Below, in pieces: positions 1 through 9,376 of a DNA stretch of 43,311 bases. The stretch is taken from positions 1-43,311 of the forward strand of contig JBKHXZ010000200.1 of NCBI GenBank assembly GCA_046565785.1. Direction: 5' to 3'. The position numbers were made by a program, and so were the translations under genes. Under the pieces are notes generated by a model. The model was not told the origin of the DNA, searched no databases, and worked only from the letters and a program-made list of their open reading frames with translations. Within the stretch, counting starts at the first letter, position 1, and each line of letters opens with the position of its first letter. Origin of the DNA: Acidimicrobiia bacterium (GTDB lineage Bacteria > Actinomycetota > Acidimicrobiia > Spongiisociales > ZC4RG35).

Positions 1-1
1 C

Positions 2-697
2 CTGGCCCGCACCGTGGATGGCTCCCGCTTCGAGGAGTACAAGGCGCTGTACGGGACATCGTTGCTCACCGGATGGGGCTCGATCCACGGATTTCCGGTG
101 GGAATGATCGCCAATCAGCGCGGTGTGATCTTCTCCGACGAGGCGAAGAAAGCGACCGAATTCATCCAACTGTGCAACCGCTACGACACCCCGCTCGTGT
201 TCGTGCACAACACCACCGGATACATGGTCGGCAAGCAGTACGAGCAGGGCGGGATCATCAAGGACGGAGCCAAGATGATCAACGCCATCTCCAACTCCAC
301 CGTACCTCATATCGCATTGATGGCAGGGGTGTCGTACGGGGCAGGGAATTATGGGATGTCGGGACGAGCGTACGACCCGCGATTCGTATTCGGATGGCCC
401 AATCACAAGGTGGCCGTCATGGGTCCGAAACAGCTGGCCGGCGTGATGTCGATCATCGCCCGAGACGCAGCCGAGGCCCGCGGTATTCCGTTCGACGAAG
501 AGGCCGATGAGCAGCGCAAAGCACTGATCGAATCCCAGATCTCATACGAGGAACAGGCCTTCCATTCCACCGGAAGGGTGCGTGACGACGGGCTTTTCGA
601 CCCTCGCGACACCCGGACGGTTCTCGGAATGGCACTGTCCGCCACACACTCGGGCGAAGTCAAAGGCACCACCGAATTCGGCGTCTTCCGGATGTGA
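2..697 (+). CDS. Acyl-CoA carboxylase carboxyltransferase (beta) subunit, methylcrotonyl-CoA carboxylase type; 5' end outside window
   Basis: Frame is open to the window edge. Carboxyltransferase motifs are present ([35 protein letters not shown]). The C-terminus TEFGVFRM is typical of MCCase beta subunits. Confidence 0.85.
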   Translation: MARTVDGSRFEEYKALYGTSLLTGWGSIHGFPVGMIANQRGVIFSDEAKKATEFIQLCNRYDTPLVFVHNTTGYMVGKQYEQGGIIKDGAKMINAISNSTVPHIALMAGVSYGAGNYGMSGRAYDPRFVFGWPNHKVAVMGPKQLAGVMSIIARDAAEARGIPFDEEADEQRKALIESQISYEEQAFHSTGRVRDDGLFDPRDTRTVLGMALSATHSGEVKGTTEFGVFRM

Positions 698-833
698 AAT
701 CCCGAGCGATCAAACGTTCCACATCGTGGGACGATTTGACGTTCGCCTGAACCCCGTTGTTAGGGTCGAACCCAGGTCGCGCCACCGATCCGGTCGGCCG
801 CGGCCTCATCCGTTCTACGGAGGAAGGTATCAA

Positions 834-1814
834 ATGAAACCCAATGCACTGCGCCGATTCACTGTGCTGTTGGGGGTTCTCGCCCTCGTTCTGGCCGCCT
901 GTGGCGGCGGTGACGGTGGCGGCGACGGCGAAGCGGCCGGTGGCGCCGGTCCGCTCGCCGACGTGAGCCTCGACGGCATCGACATCGCAGTCGGTTCGAA
1001 GGACTTCACCGAGCAGCTCGTCCTCGGCCAAATCATGGTCGTCGTATTCGATGCGCTCGGAGCAAATGTCGAAGACAAGGTGAACCTGGGTGGCACCAAT
1101 GTTGCCCGTCAGGCGCTCCTGTCCGGAGAAATCGACACCTACATGGAGTACAACGGCACGGGCTATTCGGTCCACCTCGGAATCGAGGAACCGATCCCGA
1201 ACGATCCGGAGACCCTCACCAGCATCGTGCGTGAACGCGACCTAGCTGAAAACGATCTTCACTGGCTCAGCCGATCGCCGTTCAACGACACCTACGGCTT
1301 CGCCTCCAGTCCCGAGCTGACCGAGGCGAACGGCGGCGCCTTCGACATGCAGTCGATGGCTGACTACCTGGAGGCCCACCCCGACGCCGTGCTGTGCCTC
1401 GAATCCGAGTTCCCGAGCCGTCCGGACGGTCTGGTCCTCTTCGAAGAGGCCACCGGCTACGACGTACCGGAGAACCAGATCGAGATACTCGACACCGGTG
1501 TCATCTACACCGAGACCGCCAACAACAACTGTGACTTCGGTGAGATCTTCACCACCGACGGCCGCATCCCGGCACTCGGACTCACCGTGGTCGAAGATCC
1601 AGGCGTGATGATCCTGTACAACGTCTCGATGGTGATTCGCGACGACAAGTATCAGGAAGCGCCCGAGGCGTTCGATGCGATCGCCGAAGCGATCCTCGCT
1701 CCCCTCGACAACGATCTGATGCAGGAACTGAACCGCCAGGTCAACGAGGACGGCCGTGACCCTGCGGACGTCGCACGCGACTACCTGATCGATCAGGGCC
1801 TCATCGCAGGCTGA
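834..1814 (+). CDS. Osmoprotectant (glycine betaine/choline-type) ABC transporter substrate-binding lipoprotein
   Basis: ATG at 834 is preceded by GGAGGAAGG (818-826). Signal peptide with lipobox LVLAAC followed by a Gly-rich linker. The mature part resembles OpuBC/OpuCC/OsmF-type binding proteins. The upstream part of the ORF (582-833) is Arg/Pro-rich with no RBS. Confidence 0.8.
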   Translation: MKPNALRRFTVLLGVLALVLAACGGGDGGGDGEAAGGAGPLADVSLDGIDIAVGSKDFTEQLVLGQIMVVVFDALGANVEDKVNLGGTNVARQALLSGEIDTYMEYNGTGYSVHLGIEEPIPNDPETLTSIVRERDLAENDLHWLSRSPFNDTYGFASSPELTEANGGAFDMQSMADYLEAHPDAVLCLESEFPSRPDGLVLFEEATGYDVPENQIEILDTGVIYTETANNNCDFGEIFTTDGRIPALGLTVVEDPGVMILYNVSMVIRDDKYQEAPEAFDAIAEAILAPLDNDLMQELNRQVNEDGRDPADVARDYLIDQGLIAG

Positions 1815-1822
1815 AGTCAAAC

Positions 1823-1860
1823 CCAAGAGGGGGCCGGTGAACCCGGCCCCCTCTTGGTTT
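1823..1860 (+). terminator. Perfect 15-bp stem / 5-nt loop hairpin followed by TTT, between the binding-protein and permease genes
   Basis: CCAAGAGGGGGCCGG (1823-1837), loop TGAAC, CCGGCCCCCTCTTGG (1843-1857), then TTT (1858-1860). Confidence 0.5.
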
Positions 1861-1873
1861 CCGAAAGGACCAC

Positions 1874-2530
1874 ATGGACGGCGTCGTCAGCCTCTTCAAC
1901 TACATCGCAGACAACTTCGACGATGTGATCGAGCTCTCGATCGAGCACGCGATCTACATCGTGACGGTGATGGTCGCCGCCACCATCGTCGGGGTCGGCG
2001 TCGGCATCTGGGTCGAAGACCGGCCCATCCAGAAGGAGATCGCTCTCGGAATCGCCGCCGTCTTCATCACCCTCCCCTCCCTTGCGCTTTTCACCATCTT
2101 CATCCCGGTCGTCGGCCTCGGGTTCTGGTCGGCATTCATCGCCCTGTTCATGTATGCCCTGCTGCCGATCCTGCGGAATACCGTGACCGGACTCGCCGAG
2201 GTCAGTCCGGCGGTCCTCGAATCCGCCCGAGGCATGGGCCTCACCCGTCGCGAGCGGCTGTGGAAGGTCAAGATGCCGCTGGCGTGGCCCGTCATCATCA
2301 CCGGCATTCGGGTTGCGTCCCTCCTCACCGCCGGCATCGCTGCCATCGCCACCCTCATCGCCGGGGGCGGACTGGGCGACTTCATCAAGGACGGATTCGT
2401 CAACTGGGGGTTCCGTCTCGCCGCCGAGAAGATCTGGACCGGCACCCTCTTCATCATCATCCTCGCCCTGATCTTCGACGGGATCCTGGGCCTCATCCGC
2501 AAGTACACGACCTCACCGGGAATCCGCTGA
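1874..2530 (+). CDS. Osmoprotectant ABC transporter permease
   Basis: Multi-TM protein of the BPD-transporter type with an EAA-like loop (LESARGMGLTRRERLWKVKMPLAWP). Flanked by binding-protein and ATPase genes. Confidence 0.85.
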   Translation: MDGVVSLFNYIADNFDDVIELSIEHAIYIVTVMVAATIVGVGVGIWVEDRPIQKEIALGIAAVFITLPSLALFTIFIPVVGLGFWSAFIALFMYALLPILRNTVTGLAEVSPAVLESARGMGLTRRERLWKVKMPLAWPVIITGIRVASLLTAGIAAIATLIAGGGLGDFIKDGFVNWGFRLAAEKIWTGTLFIIILALIFDGILGLIRKYTTSPGIR

Positions 2531-2539
2531 AGGAGCCTC

Positions 2540-3694
2540 ATGACAAACGAAGCATTCATCCGACTCGAGAACGTCACGAAGGTGTATCCCGGCACCGACG
2601 TCCCTGCTGTGGCGGAACTCGACCTGGAGATCCCCGAGGGCGAAATTCTGGTGCTGGTCGGCCCGTCCGGATGCGGGAAGTCGACCACTCTCCGACTGAT
2701 CAACCGGATGATCGAACCCACCGGTGGACGCATCATCTTCGACGGCGAGGACGTCACCACCGTCGACGCCGACCTCCTTCGGCGCCGGATCGGATACGTC
2801 ATTCAGCAGATCGGCTTGTTCCCCCATCGCACCATCGCCGAGAACATCGCCACCGTTCCGACGTTGCTGGGATGGGACGCCGCCCGCATCGACGCCCGAG
2901 TGGACGAACTGCTCGAGATGGTGGGGATGGACCCCAAGATCTACCGCACGCGCTATCCGAAGGAACTGTCCGGAGGGCAGGCGCAGCGGGTCGGCGTCGC
3001 ACGTGCCCTGGGTGCCGATCCTGAGGTGCTGCTGATGGACGAACCGTTCGGAGCGATCGACCCCATCACCCGGGACCGACTCCAGAACGAATTCCTCCGC
3101 CTGCAACAAGATCTGCAGAAGACCATCGTCTTCGTCACCCACGACATCGACGAAGCGATCAAGATGGGCGACCGCATCGCCATCCTGCGGGAGCAGTCGA
3201 AGATCGCCCAGTACGACACCCCGGAGGCGATCCTCGCCCACCCGGCGAACGCTTTCGTCGAAGACTTCCTCGGTTCCGGAGCGATCCTCAAGGGTCTCAA
3301 CCTGAAGCGGATCCGCGACCTCGACCTGTCCGAGGTGCCGACCGTCACCGAAGGTGCCGGCCGGGAGGAGGTCCTACGTGCGATCGAAAAGTCGGTGGAC
3401 GGCTGGGCGCTGATGCTCGACTCGGAGCGGCGCCCCGCCCGATGGCTCGACCGCACTGCCTTGGATCGGTCCGAGGGCCTCGACCAGGCCGGTCAACGCG
3501 TGCGAGTGACGGTGGAACCAGAGGACACCCTGCGCGACGCGTTGGAGAAAATGCTCCTGTCCGTCACCGGTTGTGCCGCCTGTGTCGACCCTCAGGGGCG
3601 CTACATGGGCGGAGTACGCATCGAACTCCTCACCACGTTCCTGCAGGAGCTGCAACAGGCTGAGCGGGACCGTCAGGCGGAGATGTCCCGATGA
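2540..3694 (+). CDS. Osmoprotectant ABC transporter ATP-binding protein with C-terminal CBS-type regulatory region
   Basis: AAGGAG RBS before the ATG. Walker A GPSGCGKST, signature LSGGQAQRV, Walker B LLMDEPF. A roughly 130-aa C-terminal extension as in OpuCA/ProV/OsmV. Confidence 0.9.
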   Translation: MTNEAFIRLENVTKVYPGTDVPAVAELDLEIPEGEILVLVGPSGCGKSTTLRLINRMIEPTGGRIIFDGEDVTTVDADLLRRRIGYVIQQIGLFPHRTIAENIATVPTLLGWDAARIDARVDELLEMVGMDPKIYRTRYPKELSGGQAQRVGVARALGADPEVLLMDEPFGAIDPITRDRLQNEFLRLQQDLQKTIVFVTHDIDEAIKMGDRIAILREQSKIAQYDTPEAILAHPANAFVEDFLGSGAILKGLNLKRIRDLDLSEVPTVTEGAGREEVLRAIEKSVDGWALMLDSERRPARWLDRTALDRSEGLDQAGQRVRVTVEPEDTLRDALEKMLLSVTGCAACVDPQGRYMGGVRIELLTTFLQELQQAERDRQAEMSR

Positions 3695-4464
3695 ACGGCA
3701 AGGTTCTCGAGGTCGAAAAGACCGACGACGAACTCCGACGGATCCGAGCCCGGATCCAGCTGATCATCCCCCCGGCGATGTTCGTGTTCCTCCTGCTGGT
3801 CGTGGGTGCGGTCTACATCTACAGCGAGTTCGATTCGACGACCGCCGACATCCTGTCGACCGACAAGCTGATCCCACAGTTCCGAGATCACATCAACGTG
3901 ACGTTCTGGTCGACGCTGCTGGTGGTCTCCATCGCCATCCCGCTCGGGATCGCCCTCACCCGGGACCGTCTCAGGAAGTACGCCCCCACCGTGGTGGCGT
4001 TCGCCAACTCAGGACAAGCGATCCCCGCCTACGGGTTGATCATCATCTTCTTCACATTCATGGGCCGGGGAACCGTCACCGCCATCATCGCCCTCACCGT
4101 CTTCGCCATCATCCCGGTGTTGCGCAACACCATGGTCGGGCTCGATCAGGTGGACCGGGCGACGATCGAAGCCGCCCGCGGCATGGGCATGTCGAAACGC
4201 CAGACGCTGCGCCGAATCGAACTGCCGCTGGCGGTGCCGGTCATCCTGGCGGGCGTACGCACCGCGCTGGTCATCAACGTAGGCATGGCTGCCCTGGTGT
4301 TCTTGATCGGGGCCGGCGGTCTCGGAGAAACGATCAACTCGGGGCTGAAGCTGCAACGGAACACTGCCATTTTCGTAGGGGCATCGCTCGTCGCCCTGCT
4401 CGCACTCGCCATCGACTTCCTCGCATCCCTCGCCGAGCGCTACCTCAAGCCGAAGGGGATCTGA
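3691..4464 (+). CDS. Osmoprotectant ABC transporter permease (second)
   Basis: ATGA overlap with the ATPase stop. Multi-TM protein with EAA loop (IEAARGMGMSKRQTLRRIELPLAVP). Confidence 0.85.
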   Translation: MNGKVLEVEKTDDELRRIRARIQLIIPPAMFVFLLLVVGAVYIYSEFDSTTADILSTDKLIPQFRDHINVTFWSTLLVVSIAIPLGIALTRDRLRKYAPTVVAFANSGQAIPAYGLIIIFFTFMGRGTVTAIIALTVFAIIPVLRNTMVGLDQVDRATIEAARGMGMSKRQTLRRIELPLAVPVILAGVRTALVINVGMAALVFLIGAGGLGETINSGLKLQRNTAIFVGASLVALLALAIDFLASLAERYLKPKGI

Positions 4465-4492
4465 CCAGTCCGGCTGGTAGCTTCCCCAACCG

Positions 4493-6457
4493 ATGATCAC
4501 CACCGTTCTGGTCGCCAATCGCGGGGAGATCGCTCGCCGGGTCTTCCGCACGTGTCGGACGATGGGTCTGCGCACCGTGGCAGTGTTCAGCGACCCCGAT
4601 CGTGACGCTCCGTTCGTCCGAGAAGCCGACGAGGCGCATGCGTTGGGCGGGTCGACCGCAGCCGAGTCGTACCTGCGAATCGACCGGATCCTGGAGATCG
4701 CAAGACGGGCAAACGTCGACGCCGTCCATCCCGGGTACGGGTTCTTGTCCGAGAACGCCGAGTTCGCCCGGGCGGTGACCGACGCGGGATTCACCTGGAT
4801 CGGACCGTCGTCGGAGGCCATCGCCCGAATGGGCTCCAAGCTGGAGTCGAAGCAGCTGATCTCCGGCGCAGGCGTGCCGACGCTGCCATCGATCGACCTC
4901 ACCGGCCTCGACGAGTCGGCGCTCGGTGCAGCCGCGGACGAGATCGGATTCCCGGTACTGGTCAAGGCTTCCACCGGTGGTGGCGGCAAGGGAATGCGCA
5001 TCGTCGCCGACCCTGACGAGCTTGCCGGGGCGGTGGCGGGAGCACGGCGAGAAGCGGAGGCCGCGTTCGGCGACGGCACGGTCTTCTTGGAGAAGTGTCT
5101 GGTGGATCCACGCCACGTCGAGATCCAGGTGTTCGGGGACACCCACGGCAACCTGGTGTCGCTGCACGAGCGGGAATGCTCCATCCAACGACGCCATCAG
5201 AAGATCGTCGAAGAGGCCCCTTCACCCGCAGTCGATGCCGACCTCCGACGACAGATGGGGGAGGCTGCCGTCGCCGTTGCCCGTGCAGTGGACTACGTCG
5301 GGGCAGGGACGGTCGAGTTCCTGCTGGCCGGAAACGACTTCTACTTCCTCGAGATGAACACCCGTCTGCAAGTCGAACATCCGGTGACCGAGGCGATCAC
5401 CGGCCTCGACCTGGTCCGGCTTCAGTTCCTCGTGGCGATGGGTGAGCCTCTTCCGCCCGAAGCACTCACCCCCCGGCTCGATGGACACGCCATCGAGGTG
5501 CGGTTGTACGCCGAGGACGCGCGCAACGGATTCCTCCCGGCCGCCGGTCGCCTGTCGACCTTCGACATCGCCCTGATGCCGGGAGTGCGAGTCGACAGTG
5601 GTGTCGAATCCGGTTCGAACATCCCGGTGTTCTACGACCCGATGTTGGCCAAGATCATCGTGCATGCGCCGACACGGACCGAGGCAGCCCGAATGCTGGC
5701 GACCGCACTCCAGCGGTCGCGCATCCATGGATCGATCACCAACCGTGACCTGTTGGTTCGCATACTGCGACATCCCGAGTTCGGCGCAGGGACCACCGAT
5801 ACAGGGTTCCTGATCCGGCACGATCCTGCCCTGCTGGCGCATCCGCTGGTCGGTCGCGACGAACTGCGCCGTATGGCCCTAGCTGCCGCACTCTTCGACC
5901 ACGACAATCGTCGCCGCTCGGCCAGCGTCCTGACCACTGTCCCATCCGGATGGCGCAACAACCCCTCAGCCCCGCAGACCGTCGCCTTTCGGGATGCCGA
6001 CGGGGAGGTCACCGTGCGATATCGCATGGATCGCTCGACTGTGTCCTTCGACGACGACGCTGACCGCCCCTTCACCTACGCCGCCCATGACGGGCACCTC
6101 GCGGTGGAGATGGACGGGGTCCGACGGTTCTACCGGGTCGAGCAACACGGCACGACGTTTGCCGTCGATGGACCAGACGGCGGTATCGACCTGACCGAGA
6201 TCGATCGTCATCCCGCTGCCGGCCCGCCGACCGAACCTGGTTCACTTCATGCGCCGATGCCGGGCAAGGTTCTCAAAGTGCTGGTCTCCGAAGGTGACGC
6301 CGTGCAGGCCGGCGCCGTTCTGTTGGTCATGGAGGCGATGAAGATGGAGCACACCTTGCGTGCCCCTGTGTCCGGAGTCGTGGCAGCCGTCCGGGCCTCC
6401 GAGGGAGATCAGGTCGAGGCCGAAGCGCCGCTCATCGTCATCGGAGAGGAGAGCTGA
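4493..6457 (+). CDS. Acyl-CoA carboxylase alpha subunit (biotin carboxylase + biotin carboxyl carrier domain), methylcrotonyl-CoA carboxylase type
   Basis: Motifs VANRGEIA, GGGGKGMR and EMNTRLQVEHPVTE, plus a C-terminal biotinyl-lysine motif EAMKMEH. Confidence 0.9.
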   Translation: MITTVLVANRGEIARRVFRTCRTMGLRTVAVFSDPDRDAPFVREADEAHALGGSTAAESYLRIDRILEIARRANVDAVHPGYGFLSENAEFARAVTDAGFTWIGPSSEAIARMGSKLESKQLISGAGVPTLPSIDLTGLDESALGAAADEIGFPVLVKASTGGGGKGMRIVADPDELAGAVAGARREAEAAFGDGTVFLEKCLVDPRHVEIQVFGDTHGNLVSLHERECSIQRRHQKIVEEAPSPAVDADLRRQMGEAAVAVARAVDYVGAGTVEFLLAGNDFYFLEMNTRLQVEHPVTEAITGLDLVRLQFLVAMGEPLPPEALTPRLDGHAIEVRLYAEDARNGFLPAAGRLSTFDIALMPGVRVDSGVESGSNIPVFYDPMLAKIIVHAPTRTEAARMLATALQRSRIHGSITNRDLLVRILRHPEFGAGTTDTGFLIRHDPALLAHPLVGRDELRRMALAAALFDHDNRRRSASVLTTVPSGWRNNPSAPQTVAFRDADGEVTVRYRMDRSTVSFDDDADRPFTYAAHDGHLAVEMDGVRRFYRVEQHGTTFAVDGPDGGIDLTEIDRHPAAGPPTEPGSLHAPMPGKVLKVLVSEGDAVQAGAVLLVMEAMKMEHTLRAPVSGVVAAVRASEGDQVEAEAPLIVIGEES

Positions 6458-7344
6458 TGGAACCGGTCGGGTTCATCGGAATCGGGATCATGGGTGGCGG
6501 CATGGCGAACAACCTGGTGAAGGCCGGGTTCGATGTCGTCGTCTGGAACCGCACCCGGTCCAAAGCCGAGGCTATCGCCGGTGCAACGGTGGCGGACTCC
6601 CCGGCCGATGTGGCACGTCGATGCCGGATCGTGTTGATCTGCGTCTCGGACACGCCTGACGTGGTGGCCGTCGTCGAAGGCTCCGACGGGCTGGCCGCTG
6701 GCATACGACCGGGGACCCTCGTGGTGGACCACAGCACCATCAGCCCGTCGACCACCCGCGAACTGGCGGAGCGGGTGGCCGCTGCCGGCGGGGCCTGGGT
6801 GGATGCGCCGGTGTCCGGAGGCTCGGAAGGTGCGGTCAACGGAACCCTGTCGATCATGGTCGGGGGCGCCGAGGCCGACGTGGCCAGAGCCATGCCGTAC
6901 TTCGAGGCGATGGGCTCGACCATCACCCACGTCGGCGGGGTGGGTTCCGGACAACTGGTCAAGCTCGTCAACCAGATGCTGGTGGTGATCAACCAGTTGG
7001 CGGCCTCGGAGGCGCTCCTGTTCGCTGAGGCCGCCGGGCTCGACCTCGACGCCACCTTGCGGGCGGTCAGTGGTGGGGCGGCCGGCTCGTGGATGTTGGC
7101 CAACCGCGGCCCGCAGATGATCGCTCGCGACTGGCGGCCCGGGTTCACCATCGACCTGCAGCAGAAGGATCTTCGGCTGGTGCTGGAAGCAGCCGACGAG
7201 CTGGGGGTGCCGGCGCTCGGAACCTCGTTGGCGTTCCAGCTCTATCGCACGTTGCAGACCCGGGGTCTGGGTTCGGAAGGCAATCACGCCATGGTCAAGG
7301 CATTGGAAGGGATGACGGGCATCGAAGTGGGCGGCGACCGGTGA
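6457..7344 (+). CDS. 3-hydroxyisobutyrate dehydrogenase family NAD(P)-dependent oxidoreductase
   Basis: 1-nt overlap with the upstream stop (TGATG). N-terminal Rossmann motif GFIGIGIMGGGMANNL. Conserved DAPVSGG and KLVNQ blocks of the HIBADH/GarR family. Confidence 0.8.
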   Translation: MEPVGFIGIGIMGGGMANNLVKAGFDVVVWNRTRSKAEAIAGATVADSPADVARRCRIVLICVSDTPDVVAVVEGSDGLAAGIRPGTLVVDHSTISPSTTRELAERVAAAGGAWVDAPVSGGSEGAVNGTLSIMVGGAEADVARAMPYFEAMGSTITHVGGVGSGQLVKLVNQMLVVINQLAASEALLFAEAAGLDLDATLRAVSGGAAGSWMLANRGPQMIARDWRPGFTIDLQQKDLRLVLEAADELGVPALGTSLAFQLYRTLQTRGLGSEGNHAMVKALEGMTGIEVGGDR

Positions 7345-7360
7345 GCTGGGAGGGTGACCG

Positions 7361-8167
7361 GTGAGTTGGAGCGGCGACCCGATCCTCGACGACCTGGCGG
7401 CCGAAACCGAGTCGCTGCTCTCCCTGGTGGACGGGCTCGACGAGGGTCCGGCGGGAATCGACCGGATCACCCCCGCCGCACCGTGGACGATTCGGGACCA
7501 GATCTCGCATCTGGCTGGCTTCGACGAGAAGGCTCGCATCGCCGCGACCGATCCTGATCGGTTCTTGGCTGAACTGACCGACGACTTCGCCGACGGCGGC
7601 GATGCTCTGATGCAGCGTCAGTTCGAAGTCGGCCAGGCGATGACACCGGTTGCGGTGGTCGACTGGCTGCGTCGCGAGCGGGCAGCGCTGATCGAAGCGT
7701 TCGCCCGTTTGGACCCCGAAGCACGGATTCCGTGGTACGGGCCACCGATGAAGACTCGCTCGTCGGCAGTCGCCCGACTCATGGAAACGTGGGCACACGG
7801 GGTGGACGTCGCCGACGCGCTCGGCGTCGTGCGGGACCCGACCGACCGACTGTTCCACGTGGCCGAGTTGGGGGTCAAGACGTTCCGGTTCTCGTTCCAG
7901 AATCGGGGACTGGACGTGCCGCACGAACGGGTTCGGGTGAGTTTGACCGGGCCATCGGGCGTGGTGCGGACATGGAACGACGAGGCGACGGACTCGGTGA
8001 CTGGCCCGGTGGAGGATTTCTGTCTGGTCGTCGCCCAACGTCGGAATGTGGCCGACACCGGATTGGAGGTCACCGGTGGAGTCGCAGAGTCGTGGATGCA
8101 CCACGCCCAGGTCTTCGCCGGACCCCCCGGCCCGGGCCGCCCCCCTACAGGGAGCCGGGGTCGGTGA
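7361..8167 (+). CDS. DinB-like / mycothiol-dependent maleylpyruvate-isomerase N-terminal domain family protein
   Basis: GTG start. N-terminal PWTIRDQISHL-type helix-bundle motif followed by a conserved actinobacterial C-terminal domain. Call made by recollection of the family only. Confidence 0.55.
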   Translation: MSWSGDPILDDLAAETESLLSLVDGLDEGPAGIDRITPAAPWTIRDQISHLAGFDEKARIAATDPDRFLAELTDDFADGGDALMQRQFEVGQAMTPVAVVDWLRRERAALIEAFARLDPEARIPWYGPPMKTRSSAVARLMETWAHGVDVADALGVVRDPTDRLFHVAELGVKTFRFSFQNRGLDVPHERVRVSLTGPSGVVRTWNDEATDSVTGPVEDFCLVVAQRRNVADTGLEVTGGVAESWMHHAQVFAGPPGPGRPPTGSRGR

Positions 8168-9338
8168 CGGTGAGGTCGTGCCAGCCGGCCAGGACGTCCT
8201 GCAAGAGCGCCTCGTAGAGGTGTGGCTCGGTGAGGAACGAGTCGTGGCCCTTGTCCGAGTGGAGTGTGAAACGCCTCGCCGGCACCCCAGCCTCCACAAG
8301 CAGCTGGTACATCTCGGTCTGTTCCTCGGGGTAGAAACACACATCCGAGTCCACCGTGAACACCTGCCAGCGCTGATACCGACACCGTCGCAGGGCTTCG
8401 ACGATCGAAGAAGCACCCACCTGCTCGGCCAGATCGAAGTGCTGCCAGATCCGCATGACGATCAGATAGGTGTTGGCGTCGAACCGCTCCACGAACTTCT
8501 CCGAATGGTGGAGCATGTATGACTCGAGCGAGGTGGTGATCTGGTACCCCCCGAGATCGACCTTCTGCACCACCTGGGCTTTGGCCCGCTCGTTGAGCGC
8601 CGAGAGCGACACGAACATCTTGTGACCGATGGTGCGAGCGATCGACAGCCCCGTGCGCGGCGGTTCGGTTTCGTAGTAGTCGCCGCCCCGATAGTTGGGA
8701 TCACGAACGATTGCCATGATCTGTTCGAAGTTGATCAGCGCATGCAGGGTTGTGGTCCGCAGTCCGGAAGCGATCGGTACGACGACCTCGACCCGCTCCG
8801 GATATCGAGTGGCGAACACGGCTGCCATCATCCCGCCCACCGAACCGCCGATGACAGCATGCACCCGCTCGATACCGAGTTCGTCGAGGAGGCGAGCCTG
8901 CGAATCGACGATGTCGGTGAGGGTCACATCCGGGAAGGCCGAACCGTATCGCCGCCCCGTCGCCGGATTCACCGACGAAGGCCCGGTCGATCCGTAACAG
9001 CCACCGAGATAGTTCACGCAGAGCACGGCGTAGCGGTCGGTGTCGATGGCCCGACCCGACCCGATGAACCCGTCCCACCATCCTCGATGGATCTCCTCGG
9101 TCCACCGACCGTCGATGCCGTCGACCCGTCGATTGATGCCCGCCGCGTGCTGGCTGCCGGTGATGGCGTGGAAAACCACCACCACGTTGTCGCGAGCCTC
9201 GGAGATCTCTCCGTACAACTCGTAGGCCAACGTGACCTCGTCCAGCGTCTCTCCACCCTGGGTCGTGAAGGACCCGTCCAGTGTGTGGAAGCGGGTGCTC
9301 ACCTCCCCCACCGGTCGACCGGGATCAGTCATGTTCAT
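8145..9338 (-). CDS. metX: Homoserine O-acetyltransferase
   Basis: Start MNMTDPG at 9338 with GAAGGAG/GAGG upstream. Motifs VVVFHAITGSQHAAG and nucleophile elbow GGSVGGMMA. Preceded by a SAM riboswitch. The ORF track extension to 9401 lies inside the riboswitch expression platform. Confidence 0.9.
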   Translation of the reverse strand: MNMTDPGRPVGEVSTRFHTLDGSFTTQGGETLDEVTLAYELYGEISEARDNVVVVFHAITGSQHAAGINRRVDGIDGRWTEEIHRGWWDGFIGSGRAIDTDRYAVLCVNYLGGCYGSTGPSSVNPATGRRYGSAFPDVTLTDIVDSQARLLDELGIERVHAVIGGSVGGMMAAVFATRYPERVEVVVPIASGLRTTTLHALINFEQIMAIVRDPNYRGGDYYETEPPRTGLSIARTIGHKMFVSLSALNERAKAQVVQKVDLGGYQITTSLESYMLHHSEKFVERFDANTYLIVMRIWQHFDLAEQVGASSIVEALRRCRYQRWQVFTVDSDVCFYPEEQTEMYQLLVEAGVPARRFTLHSDKGHDSFLTEPHLYEALLQDVLAGWHDLTVTDPGSL

Positions 9339-9376
9339 CTCGGAAACCTCAACTCCTTCGGCGCCCCTGGGCCTCG

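Noticed and set aside
582-833. N-terminal 84-codon extension of the binding-protein ORF in the ORF track
   Set aside because: It is Arg/Pro/Ser-rich with no RBS. A strong RBS, a signal peptide and a lipobox begin at the internal ATG at 834.
1837-3024. 395-aa ORF overlapping the permease and ATPase genes in another frame
   Set aside because: The translation is low-complexity and Arg/His/Pro-rich. The alternative frames encode clear ABC permease and ATPase proteins.
4009-5184. Long antisense ORF (391 aa) opposite the permease and carboxylase genes. Similar long ORFs occur at 6409-7539, 10620-11972, 10754-11974, 12521-13909, 15587-16945, 18857-20104, 20048-21238, 25917-27275, 33500-35068, 35490-37214 and 40194-41735.
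   Set aside because: These are typical GC-rich shadow ORFs. Their translations are dominated by Arg/Pro/Gly/His runs and carry no recognisable motifs. Each overlaps a strongly supported gene on the other strand or frame.
8145-8167. 23-nt convergent overlap between the 3' ends of the DinB-like gene and metX
   Set aside because: Short convergent overlaps are common in compact GC-rich genomes. No additional structure or signal was seen there.
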